Positions 39,340 through 48,503 of a stretch of 53,984 nucleotides of DNA are shown in pieces. The translations under genes were made by a program, and so were the position numbers. This stretch comes from Bdellovibrionota bacterium (GTDB lineage Bacteria; Bdellovibrionota_C; UBA2361; JBGSMV01). The stretch is taken from the NCBI GenBank assembly GCA_044356455.1, contig JBIKWF010000016.1, forward strand, positions 1-53,984, read 5' to 3'. Within the stretch, counting starts at the first letter, position 1. The number at the start of each line of letters is the position of its first letter. The notes under the pieces are model-generated. The model saw nothing but the letters and a program-made list of their open reading frames with translations, was not told the DNA's origin and ran no database searches.

Positions 39340-39660
39340 AATTCGTGCGACCTTAACATTCGTGGCCGGCACGGATTGGTGCACCCAACTCCTCTGCGAA
39401 CTTCTCTGCGCGAGACCGCAGGGCAACCTCTATTAACTCAACTGCTTACCGAGGCCTCTGCAAAGTGGCAGCTTCGTTTGAGTTGGGGTGCACCAATTCG
39501 TCTACTAAAACTATTGAATAAAGCAGAGTACGCGGGGGAGCGAAGGAATTCAAATGGTTATCTTCGTACCCCTCGCATCTAAATTGCCTCGCAATTCTTG
39601 AGAGAATTTGCAACTCTCCACTCCGCCAAGGTCCTTCATATCATCCTTGTCACGTAAGAC

Positions 39661-39681
39661 ATGTACATATAATATGTACAT
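39661..39681 (+). promoter_or_regulatory. Toxin-antitoxin operator palindrome overlapping the -10 box
   Basis: ATGTACATAT-a-ATATGTACAT perfect inverted repeat containing TATAAT (39668-39673), directly abutting the ATG. Confidence 0.7.
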
Positions 39682-39927
39682 ATGGACGACACTACGCCAA
39701 CCGAATTGCGGGCTAATTTGTTTAAGATCCTAGAGCGTGTCGCGCGCGGCCTAAAGGTCAAGGTGCGCACTAAGCTTGGAGTCGTGCTAATTGTTCCCGA
39801 GACTCTGGGCGGATCTATTACTCGGGAGATGAGTCTTGAGCGCCAGAATGTGCGCGGAAAGATTCGGGGCGGAACGTTGAGTGCTGCGGAGAAGGCGCTC
39901 AAGACTCATCTGAAGCTTCCTAAGTAG
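39682..39927 (+). CDS. Phd/YefM-type antitoxin
   Basis: TPTELRANLFKILERVARG...V.V N-terminal pattern; 81 aa; upstream of a PIN gene. Confidence 0.8.
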   Translation: MDDTTPTELRANLFKILERVARGLKVKVRTKLGVVLIVPETLGGSITREMSLERQNVRGKIRGGTLSAAEKALKTHLKLPK

Positions 39928-40011
39928 AAAAGCCACGTTTGTTCGCAATCACAGTTCATTTACCTATTGAGCAGTGACTCACCGACAAGGGACTTACCGA
40001 GCAGGGACTTA

Positions 40012-40386
40012 ATGAAAGTAGTAATTGACACTCACGCCTTGGTGCTGTGGTTGATCGATCCAAAGAAATTGGGGCCAAAGGCACGTAAGTTGCTGCGCCG
40101 GGACACGGTTGAGATTCTGGTGCCGATTATGGCGGTGCTTGAGCTGCGTTACTTGATCGAAATCGGAAGAATTGAAATGGACATAAGTGAGGCGCTTGCC
40201 TTTCTTGCCACTCAGCTGAACGTCTCTCTCGTTCCATTTGGCATAGAGCAATTGGCAGAAGCGATGTCGCTCACCACCCGCGATCCCTTTGATAGAGCGA
40301 TTCTAGCAACAGCGCTCGCAGCAAAGTGCGCCCTTATTACTCGCGATCGATGGATGACTCGTGAGTATTCGGGGAGCATGTGGTGA
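40012..40386 (+). CDS. vapC: PIN-domain (VapC family) toxin
   Basis: MKVVIDTHALVLW, E in AVLEL, RDPFDRAILATA, LITRD. Confidence 0.9.
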   Translation: MKVVIDTHALVLWLIDPKKLGPKARKLLRRDTVEILVPIMAVLELRYLIEIGRIEMDISEALAFLATQLNVSLVPFGIEQLAEAMSLTTRDPFDRAILATALAAKCALITRDRWMTREYSGSMW

Positions 40387-40652
40387 GCACTTTATCTTGT
40401 GACGCTGCTTAAATTTTCCTCCTTCGGTGGCCCGCTGACGCTCGCCTAAATCTGGCCTCTGAAGATGAGGTATACGTGTCTAAAATTGAGAGGAGGTCGC
40501 TGCCAAGATCGCCAGATTCTGGGACAAATCTCAACCGAACCTTGTCACAGCCCAGTTCGGCTTGCGAGAGTCGGTTCATAATAATCCAATTAAAAGGCAA
40601 ACTTCTAAGCACCAATTACTCAAATGCCGCTCGATTCTTCGTTTTTTAAAGA

Positions 40653-40934
40653 GCTGGTAGTAAATGCCGGCTGCCCCCCAAGACCGACGAGCCTCCCTGT
40701 GTAGTCGGCCTGACGGGAGCTTGCCCGGACTTCTCAGATAGGGGTTATTAACCCCCGTGCCTGATGAGTGCCAACCCGCACAGTCGGGAAGTTGCCTCAC
40801 TTTGCATGTTACTAAGCGAGGGCTGGCAGAACACATGACTAGGAGTGTCCAGATGCAAACTCGTAGCTCCGGCGGTCTTTCCAGGAATATGACTGCGAAT
40901 AACCAGGAGAGCGAGGAGCTACAGTAAGGCACGG
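40653..40934 (+). ncRNA. Candidate structured non-coding RNA or non-coding end of a mobile element
   Basis: Seven or more nested or adjacent stems in about 280 nt; G-U wobble pairs favour the + strand; no convincing ORF. Confidence 0.45.
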
Positions 40935-40960
40935 AGCTGAGCGAAGTCTCAATTCTATCT

Positions 40961-41085
40961 CCTCTCCGCGGTCTCCGTGTCTCTGCGTTAATCCCCTCTT
41001 AGCCGCGTAAATCTAACTTCCCCGAACACTCAAGTAGAAAGAAAACACAGAAGAGCACGAGGGGGGGGACTTTTTCAGAGTCTCC
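40961..41085. repeat. Partial MITE family A (right end)
   Basis: ctctccgcggtctccgtgtctctgcg motif and TTTTTCAGAGTCTCC|CTAG end. Confidence 0.5.
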
Positions 41086-41089
41086 CTAG

Positions 41090-41116
41090 GAAACTTCTGC
41101 CCAAATTCTCCGATAA
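41090..41116 (+). promoter_or_regulatory. Possible sigma28 (FliA) promoter
   Basis: GAAA-N15-TCCGATAA versus consensus TAAA-N15-GCCGATAA, 100 bp upstream of the FliH-like gene. Confidence 0.45.
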
Positions 41117-41216
41117 GGACCCGGAGCATTAACGCCCGGCACCTTACGGCAGAGGCCCTCGCAAGTTCGCCATTTATGGGAAGGCCGTTGATGCCAAAAA
41201 AGGAAGACTTCTACCG

Positions 41217-41882
41217 ATGAGAGAACCGCGACTCCTCGCTCCCCAAGAGCAGCCCGTGATTCAGGCTACCTTTAGGCCTGTCAGTGGACCTGCGAGCGCT
41301 GACTTTCTGACCTCCTTCACCAATCTCCTAAAGGCAGAAGAAGAGGAACGCGTGCGTCTCAAAACTCAGAGGCAGCGCCTCGCCGCTCGTCTTTGGAAAC
41401 AACGCAAGCGAAGCCGCGCTGCCCTACGTGCAAGGGTTGCAAAAAGCGTGCAAAAACACACCGCCGCCTATCGCAAGAAGATGAACCGAAAGCTCGAGGA
41501 GGAACTCGTCCGCGGCCGAGATCAGCTCCTTGAGCTAAGCCTTCAGATTACACGCAGCATTCTTCAGCAAGAAGTGAGTGAAAGTTCGCAGTCTCTCATA
41601 ACAAAACTAAAAAGACTTCTCGCCGCACTTCCCGAACAGGCTATTACAATTCACTCTGCAGAGACGGAACGCGTACGCCTTGGTGAAGCGCTCGGCACGA
41701 GCCATCCGCACCTCCGAATCGAGTCCTCGCCAGCTCTTGAAAGAGGCTGCGTAGCTATTGAATCTCAAAGCAGCTCCATCGAGGTAGACTGGAGAAACGA
41801 ACTGCGTGAAATCGAACGCAGACTTCGGGACTCCTTGAACGATGCAGGAGCTACCGCATCAACACCTTCCCATCCGGAGTAG
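41217..41882 (+). CDS. FliH/SctL-like type III export stator protein
   Basis: Helical N-terminus; C-terminal LLELSLQITRSIL...ITIH...SPALERGCVAIES...IEVD; adjacent to the ATPase. Confidence 0.75.
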   Translation: MREPRLLAPQEQPVIQATFRPVSGPASADFLTSFTNLLKAEEEERVRLKTQRQRLAARLWKQRKRSRAALRARVAKSVQKHTAAYRKKMNRKLEEELVRGRDQLLELSLQITRSILQQEVSESSQSLITKLKRLLAALPEQAITIHSAETERVRLGEALGTSHPHLRIESSPALERGCVAIESQSSSIEVDWRNELREIERRLRDSLNDAGATASTPSHPE

Positions 41883-41885
41883 TCT

Positions 41886-43193
41886 ATGTTTTCTACCGAA
41901 GTTTTCGCTTCCGCGGCGACCCCCTCCTCTCCCACGACACGTGGCGTGGTGTTATCTGTTGAAGGCCCCGTGGTTTCCGCTCGGCTCCCGCTCGCAGGCC
42001 TTGGCGACCTATGCAGCATCACTCTTCGCACAGGCAAGACCTTGCAGGCTGTGGTGGTAGGATTCCAGGGTGATGTAGCCAGGCTGGCGCCTTATGAATC
42101 GCCCGACGGAATTACTCCCGGTTCCCCGGTTCTTAGTGCTGGGCTACGCCCCATGATGGAGCTTCCTAACTTACCGCTCGGGGGTGTCTATGACGTATTT
42201 GGGAAACCACTGGTAACTTCGGCGGCTCCTCGCGCTCCCTCCAGCGTTCTTCGTCTCCCTCTTCATCGCCCCCCGCCCGCAGCACTCTCTCGCCGACCGA
42301 TTTCGGAGCCTTTCGAAACGGGAATAAAGGTAATTGATGGGCTTTGTTCTCTTGGCGTAGGCCAACGCATCGGACTTTTCGCCGGCGCAGGCGTGGGAAA
42401 GTCAACGCTCCTTGGAGCTATTGCGCGTAATAGCCCATGTGATGTCGCCGTAGTCGCGCTCGTCGGGGAACGAGGCCGCGAGGTTGGAGAGTTCCTGCAT
42501 GATGCGTTAGGTGAGACCGGAATCGCCAGGTCCATCGTCATTGTGGCCACCAGTGATGAAAGCGCCCTCCGGCGTTCCTTGGCCGCTCACAGCGCTACCG
42601 CAGTCGCCGAGCACTACCGTGCGCAGGGGAAAAAGGTATTACTCCTCGTCGACTCACTGACGCGCGTGGCACGCGCGATTCGCGAGGTGACCCTCGCCGC
42701 AGGAGAAGTCCCTGTGCGCCAAGGGTACACGCCTACCGTATATGCGGAACTTCCGCGCCTCCTGGAGCGCAGCGGAAATGATGCTCACGGTTCAATCACC
42801 GCGATATATACTGTCCTTACTAACGGAGAAGACGAAACCGATCCCCTCGCCGAAGAAGCGAAAAGCCTTCTTGATGGGCATCTCTATCTTGATTCTAAGA
42901 TTGCTGAGCGAGGCATACGGCCAGCGATAGATCCTCTACGCTCAGTTTCTCGTCTTATGAGCCGCGTCCGTTCTGGAGATGAGCTCGCAGCTGCAAATTC
43001 GTTGCGAAAAGCGCTTGCACGACTAAAGAAGGACAAAGACTTGCTGCTTTTTGGTGGAACACCCGATGGAGAACTCAAGCGATTTCTTGATGCCGAACCA
43101 AAGCTCACCGCTTTCCTCTCTCAGAGCCCGAAAGACTTCGTTCGGATTGAGGAGGCATCCCGGCAGCTCGAGGGACTTCGAGCCTTGCTTTAA
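41886..43193 (+). CDS. FliI/YscN family type III export ATPase
   Basis: GQRIGLFAGAGVGKST, ALVGERGREV, VLLLVDSLTR, LLERSG, GSITAIYTVL, LDGHLYL. Confidence 0.93.
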   Translation: MFSTEVFASAATPSSPTTRGVVLSVEGPVVSARLPLAGLGDLCSITLRTGKTLQAVVVGFQGDVARLAPYESPDGITPGSPVLSAGLRPMMELPNLPLGGVYDVFGKPLVTSAAPRAPSSVLRLPLHRPPPAALSRRPISEPFETGIKVIDGLCSLGVGQRIGLFAGAGVGKSTLLGAIARNSPCDVAVVALVGERGREVGEFLHDALGETGIARSIVIVATSDESALRRSLAAHSATAVAEHYRAQGKKVLLLVDSLTRVARAIREVTLAAGEVPVRQGYTPTVYAELPRLLERSGNDAHGSITAIYTVLTNGEDETDPLAEEAKSLLDGHLYLDSKIAERGIRPAIDPLRSVSRLMSRVRSGDELAAANSLRKALARLKKDKDLLLFGGTPDGELKRFLDAEPKLTAFLSQSPKDFVRIEEASRQLEGLRALL

Positions 43194-43422
43194 CATTTAT
43201 GTCTCACAGGACTCCTTCGGTCGCGATTGTTATCGGCCCGGCGGCTCTGTGCGCAATCGCAGCTAGAAGATGGAGTAGACGCGAATTCGTTCAACATATT
43301 CAAAACAGGCTCTGCCTTATTCCTTGAGAACCCCTGCGCATCGTTTAGAATGCCTACGATTCAAGAGGCCCACTGCCCGGGAGAGAGAGCCAAAAGTGTG
43401 AGGCCTTAGGAAAATAGCAGCC

Positions 43423-45519
43423 ATGCGATCAACCATCCAAAATTCCAGATTTCCCCCTAGTTTCCCCGCCATCGGTGCGGCGCTCGCCGTTAGCTTCTTC
43501 TCTCACCACAGCTCAGCGGCGCATCATGCGCAGCCTGAGCCCTCTCTGGTGTCGCCCGCGTCTCCCGAGCCTTTTCGCAGCGCTGGCTATCTGCCGGGGA
43601 AGCATCCCTCTTATGATTTGAAGGGGAAGGACATCAGTGCGGCAGCCCATTCCTATTGCGGCAATGCCCCCGAGCGCCCTCTTCTCTGTGATATTTTCTT
43701 TCGCGTGGACGAAGACCTCGTCTCCAATAATGCCACTATCTTAACTACCGTTGATAACAATGACGACGCCCGCGAGAGGGCTCGCGAAAAACTGTTTCGA
43801 ATGGCGAACGAAATTGGTGCCAGAATCAAAGAAGTGGAAAATAAGGAAGCACGTCGCGCAACAACGGAGGAATGTATCGCCGCGTTCAATCACGTCCTGT
43901 TCACGGCGGAAAACTTCAAGTTTCCTGGTACCAGTACGATGCTCCGCTTCGAATTTCAGAATAAGCGCATTTCGTTCTCCTCCGCGATTAACCAAAAAAA
44001 TGGAGTCTGTGCTGACGTTACAGGGATTTACCTTTCCCTTGTTGATATCCTGGCGCGGCAAGGCCTCCGGTTTGAGGTTGCCGCGAAGCAGGCCCCCGGT
44101 CACGTCTTTGCCTGTTGGAAAGATGGCGATAGAGAAACGAATGTTGAATTGACCGCAGATGGCAAGGTGATAACTGACGAAGAGTATCGGAAGAGTTTCC
44201 ACATAGACGCTGGCTCAAGCAAGGCGATGAGCCTTGACACCTGCGGCCTCGCATCCTTACTGCACAACTCTGCGATCGCATTGGTTGACGGAAGCCCTGA
44301 ACTTGCACTCTTGTATTCCAAAATTCGCTTAGAGCTGGATAAAACAGTCGGTGCCTACCAACTCAGAGGGGCTATTTTAATTTCTACCCTTGGGTCGAAT
44401 CCAGAAAAGCGTTCATCCATCTTCGAAGAAATTAGTATGTGCGCCGAGCGCTCTCTAGAAATAGATCCGGAGAGCCCCACGCCCCAACTACTCGCCTTAC
44501 GTATGAGAGCTGACCGCGAGCCGGATAAGGGAAAGAGACTTGCTCTCATAAATGAGGCGCTGAACTACGTCCGAGAACTTAAGGAAAAAGGCCTCACCAA
44601 CAGACCCTCTACGCTTCTTGGAATCACGATAGAGCACTCCTGGGAACCAGATCTCGCAGAACTATATTTGGCGAAATACGAGATAACCGAGGACCAAAAA
44701 GATCTCGATGCCGCCGAGGTAGCTACTCTGCGTGCTGAGGCCGCCGCGTTACTCGAGACCGGTGCCATTCGAACGCGCGCACCTTTGGCCTTTGCGAGCG
44801 CTCGGGCGCACAAAAGCGCCGCGGAACTCAACGGATTTTTAGAAAGGGTCAACAGCGAGATTGAGAAGTGTGTCCGAGATTCCCTCGCACCCGAGGCAAA
44901 GAACGGCTCTAGTCTTACCTCCGCTGCTGAAGCAAGGCTGGCAAATAGCCTCCTAAAGCTTGACTCGAGCCAGCATTCGCTCAGAAGAGCAATTGCCGTT
45001 GACATGGCATTTTCCTCCCCGCGGAACGCCTTAGAGGTAAGAGCGCTGATCTACCTGCAGATGGCCGAGATAGCCATGACAAATGGAGAGGGCGAGGCGG
45101 CACGCGGTTACTACAAACTTGCAGGAGAGGACTTCAAAATGGTGCTCGCCCCAAGCGCGTACGAGGAGTCATACCCTCGCCTCGAAATTGACATGGATGG
45201 CAAAAAAATCGAGGTTAAGCCGAGGGCAAAGCGCGACATCACAAAGTCGGCACGCAGTGAGGAGAACGTTCAAGCGCTCGTGGGACTCGCTGTGTGTCAA
45301 CATAATTTGGGAGAAACTGTCCCACTAAGTGATACGATCGTGAAACTCAAGACTCTTCTGGAAATAGGAAACGAAACCTTCGCAGACTATGTCAGGCGCC
45401 GCGAACGCGACTTTCGGGATTACCGGGATGTTTCGTGGAAAGCGGATCGGGCGTCGCTCGAACGACTGATCGCGAATCCGGAACTTGCTAAGCGCATGGA
45501 TAACACTATTCGCGATTGA
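43423..45519 (+). CDS. Transglutaminase-like (SirB1-type) domain protein with TPR-like region
   Basis: GVCADVTGIYLSL...APGHVF...NVELT (Cys-His-Glu) followed by helical repeats. Confidence 0.7.
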   Translation: MRSTIQNSRFPPSFPAIGAALAVSFFSHHSSAAHHAQPEPSLVSPASPEPFRSAGYLPGKHPSYDLKGKDISAAAHSYCGNAPERPLLCDIFFRVDEDLVSNNATILTTVDNNDDARERAREKLFRMANEIGARIKEVENKEARRATTEECIAAFNHVLFTAENFKFPGTSTMLRFEFQNKRISFSSAINQKNGVCADVTGIYLSLVDILARQGLRFEVAAKQAPGHVFACWKDGDRETNVELTADGKVITDEEYRKSFHIDAGSSKAMSLDTCGLASLLHNSAIALVDGSPELALLYSKIRLELDKTVGAYQLRGAILISTLGSNPEKRSSIFEEISMCAERSLEIDPESPTPQLLALRMRADREPDKGKRLALINEALNYVRELKEKGLTNRPSTLLGITIEHSWEPDLAELYLAKYEITEDQKDLDAAEVATLRAEAAALLETGAIRTRAPLAFASARAHKSAAELNGFLERVNSEIEKCVRDSLAPEAKNGSSLTSAAEARLANSLLKLDSSQHSLRRAIAVDMAFSSPRNALEVRALIYLQMAEIAMTNGEGEAARGYYKLAGEDFKMVLAPSAYEESYPRLEIDMDGKKIEVKPRAKRDITKSARSEENVQALVGLAVCQHNLGETVPLSDTIVKLKTLLEIGNETFADYVRRRERDFRDYRDVSWKADRASLERLIANPELAKRMDNTIRD

Positions 45520-45745
45520 GCGACGTCCCCGGCCCATAAGCGCACAGTTGAAACTATACCGCTCCTTCAGCTAGTCGCGCGTAGGCTTTCCTCGTAGGCA
45601 AGACCGTAAGCCGTTAAATAGTTTATGACTCTTTAGGTTCAAGTGAAGTAGGCCTATTAAGGGAATAGCTATTCCAAGAGGCCACGCAAACAGGCACACA
45701 GCCAGCTTCCCCCTTCATAATAAGTGGTTAGGGAGAGAGAATCCT

Positions 45746-46297
45746 ATGACCGCAACCACTTCACTTACGCACCCTCAAGCCAGAACCGGAGATACGGTCG
45801 AACGGGCGCGAGGCTCAGGATCACGAGAAGATGGAGCCCGACTTGAGCACCTCGCTGGCGCTTTCGGGGTGGAAGGAGGAATCGAGACCTTTGGGCAGAT
45901 TCTCGAAATAGGGAACAAAGGGGGCGTTACTACGATCACCCTGAGAGGTATGCCCGATGTTAGGATTCGCCCCCGAGGACATTCAAAAGACGGTCCGGAT
46001 TCTTGGGAGCAACAACTTGACGCCTGCATTCACGAGGCCCGCAAACGTGGCACCGTCGCCCGCATAGACGTCCAGGCGCTATCTCAACACTCCGTAAGTA
46101 TGGAAGTCTTGTCAGCACTACTTCACATAAACCGGGTGGCGTGTGACGCTGGGCTAAAAGTAGCATTCGACAATGTCCCAAAGTCAGCAGCTGACAGATT
46201 CGCTGGCTTCAACTTGCCAGAAGATAGTCCAAGTTACTTGGATATTAGTTCAGTGCTTATTCCAACTCGCGCAAAAGCCAAGGGCGAAGCAGCATAG
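45746..46297 (+). CDS. Hypothetical protein with a degenerate STAS-like C-terminal domain
   Basis: RIDVQAL...SMEVLSALLHINRVACDAGLKVAFDNVP resembles STAS topology; GGGAGAG RBS. Confidence 0.5.
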   Translation: MTATTSLTHPQARTGDTVERARGSGSREDGARLEHLAGAFGVEGGIETFGQILEIGNKGGVTTITLRGMPDVRIRPRGHSKDGPDSWEQQLDACIHEARKRGTVARIDVQALSQHSVSMEVLSALLHINRVACDAGLKVAFDNVPKSAADRFAGFNLPEDSPSYLDISSVLIPTRAKAKGEAA

Positions 46298-46362
46298 CAA
46301 CCATATTCAGAACGTAGCTCCGCAGCCCACTTTCTTCGAGCTTTCTGCGGCAGGCTGACGAA

Positions 46363-46635
46363 TTAGAATTTTTGGAAACGCGGGCAAGGCTTTCCGTCTA
46401 TCTGCACTTCCTCGAAGAACATGGCCTTCGGCCGAACCCAGAAATCGGGAAGACCAGAGTCCCCCTGAGGATCGAGAGGCCGATACACTACCAACTCTTC
46501 ATCGGACTCCGTATGCCGAGCATATCCAAGTACTTCGTAACGTCCTCCCTTGTAGTGACGATAGATGCCTTGGATATCTTCGCCAGGCTTGCTCTGAGTA
46601 ATTCTTTCTTTCTCTTTCAAAGAGCCTCCAGACAT
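46363..46635 (-). CDS. DUF1653 family protein
   Basis: GIYRHYKGGRYEVLGYARHTESDEELVVYRPL...WVRPKAMFFEEV...RF. Confidence 0.9.
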   Translation of the reverse strand: MSGGSLKEKERITQSKPGEDIQGIYRHYKGGRYEVLGYARHTESDEELVVYRPLDPQGDSGLPDFWVRPKAMFFEEVQIDGKPCPRFQKF

Positions 46636-46709
46636 TTCACTTAAATTTTTGGGTAGGCAGGGCTACTTACCCCGAGCTATAAAAGGCCCTCGACACCTCG
46701 TGAGGCGCT

Positions 46710-48101
46710 ATGGCTGAGGCCTATGATGACATTCCCTACCCCGATTTCACCTTTGCTGACCAGCATCCGTTTCATATTGCTGGGCTGGCCCAGCTTTGGG
46801 GCATTGAAACTCCCCCCGCTCTCGGAGCTCGTGTCCTTGAGATTGGCTGCGCCAGTGGCGCCAATCTGCTCTTTATGGCCGAAACGGCCCCGCACTTGCA
46901 GTTTACCGGAATTGAACTTTCGAAGTCCCAGGCGCACACCGCTCAAAGGCGTATAGGAGAATCGGGGCTTTCTAATGTGCGAGTTCTCCAAGGCTCCTTC
47001 ACGGAGATCTCTAAAGAGGAATCCCCCTTTGATTACATTCTCTGCCACGGTCTTTACTCGTGGGTTCCTCCGGAGGTGAGAAGAAGCCTCACTAACTTCA
47101 TCGCGCACTCACTCTCACCTAAGGGAATCGTTTATCTAAGCTACAATTGCCTTCCCGGCTGGATGTTTAAGGGATACATCAGAGAATTACTCTTACACAT
47201 AGCGCCCCCTACCCTGCCAAATGCAGACAGACTTGCGCGGCTCAAGGAACTGCTACCTACCGTAAAGTCAGTGGTGAGCCCTTTTAACCCTGCGCGCTCT
47301 TGGATCCTGCCCTTGCTGCAGAAGCTAGAAAGCTCCGACCCAAGTTACCTATTTCACGAGTACCTTTCGGAGTGGAATCAGCCCTTTTGGTTTAAGGAGG
47401 TGGTGCACGATCTAGGTCAAAGCGGCCTGCAGTATCTATGCGAAACTGATCCGGCTGCGAACGCCACCTATGATTATTCTGGCGAAAGTCTAACAAGGCT
47501 AGAGACTCTTGCTCCGCACGCCCCACTGAAAGAGGAATTTCTTGATTTCATGCGCTGTCCCGCATTTCGCCGCTCTTTATTTTCTCGCTCAGCAAACGAG
47601 GGGCAGCGGAGCATCGATTATACCAAGAGTAGCGGGCTTTTCTTTTGCCTGGCGCCTGGGATTTCCTTAAATGAGTTATCTTCCGGCGGCTTTGAGCTTA
47701 GTAAAACTAATAGCCCAACTATTACCCTCACCGGCGTCCCTGCGGCATGCCTCAAGGTATTGGTAAACGCCCACCCCGGTTATTGTACAGGGACCGCTGT
47801 CTCTCGCGAACTCGCGGCGAGCGAGCCCGACATCGCTCAGATACTTTGCGAACTTGTGCGCGCAGGCTTTGTATTAGCATACGGCCAGCCCCTACCCGTG
47901 GCCACGACTGCAAGCCCGCGCCTATGTTATCTTACCAAAATGTTTCTTCAAACGTCGGAGACCACAGTCACCGCTCGCGGAGAGCGAGTTACGGTGACGC
48001 CTGAGATAAGAAAAAAATTAGCCTCGGGCAGGCTTTCTGACCTTGATGAGCAAGAAAGGCAGGACCTGTTACGTGAGGGGCTTTTTTTGGCGTCTCGCTA
48101 A
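46710..48101 (+). CDS. Class I SAM methyltransferase with methyltransferase regulatory domain
   Basis: YDDIPYP, VLEIGCASGANL, FDYILCHGLYSWVP, SYNCLPGW, YLFHEYL...NQPFWF. Confidence 0.9.
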   Translation: MAEAYDDIPYPDFTFADQHPFHIAGLAQLWGIETPPALGARVLEIGCASGANLLFMAETAPHLQFTGIELSKSQAHTAQRRIGESGLSNVRVLQGSFTEISKEESPFDYILCHGLYSWVPPEVRRSLTNFIAHSLSPKGIVYLSYNCLPGWMFKGYIRELLLHIAPPTLPNADRLARLKELLPTVKSVVSPFNPARSWILPLLQKLESSDPSYLFHEYLSEWNQPFWFKEVVHDLGQSGLQYLCETDPAANATYDYSGESLTRLETLAPHAPLKEEFLDFMRCPAFRRSLFSRSANEGQRSIDYTKSSGLFFCLAPGISLNELSSGGFELSKTNSPTITLTGVPAACLKVLVNAHPGYCTGTAVSRELAASEPDIAQILCELVRAGFVLAYGQPLPVATTASPRLCYLTKMFLQTSETTVTARGERVTVTPEIRKKLASGRLSDLDEQERQDLLREGLFLASR

Positions 48102-48503
48102 CACGAGGTGACCTGCAATCAAGAAAGGGAGGAGCACTCCACCCCAAAAATGAACCAGCTCTGCAATTGGCCGCACGCCATCGACTGAGCCATAATAGAG
48201 AATCGCAGCGGTGAGTATTAGCACCCCGTTACACGCAAGCAGCACGCTGCCGGACAGAAGGTTTCGCCCTACATGCCAACTCTTTTTTATATGAACAGGG
48301 AAAAGCGAGCCGAACACGAGCAAAAATATCATGGCGCCTACACCGTGGGCGGAAAGGAGCAAGTGTTCCCATTCATAGGTTGCACTCGCCTCTTGGAACT
48401 TGGGAAACAAGGCTGCGCTACTTAGCTCGTGCAATACGCCGGTGGCGAATAAGAACGCAATCGAACAATACACGAGCCATTTATGAAGAAGACCTAGCTT
48501 CAC
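48069..48503 (-). CDS. Small His-containing membrane protein (cytochrome b-like)
   Basis: Four TM segments with His residues (SAHG, VHIK, VHFW, GHL); overlaps the apbE stop. Confidence 0.7.
   Translation of the reverse strand: MKLGLLHKWLVYCSIAFLFATGVLHELSSAALFPKFQEASATYEWEHLLLSAHGVGAMIFLLVFGSLFPVHIKKSWHVGRNLLSGSVLLACNGVLILTAAILYYGSVDGVRPIAELVHFWGGVLLPFLIAGHLVLARRQKKPLT

Noticed and set aside
40761..40790. Hammerhead ribozyme core (CTGATGA followed by a gtgc/gcac stem)
   Set aside because: The required GAAA after stem II is absent (the sequence reads AGTC)
40409..40932. Minus-strand ORFs 40409-40615 and 40576-40932
   Set aside because: No motifs and atypical composition; the region is better explained by RNA-like structure
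33356..46297. Prophage or integrative element
   Set aside because: No integrase, phage structural, replication or conjugation genes and no tRNA att site seen; it can only be called an accessory region
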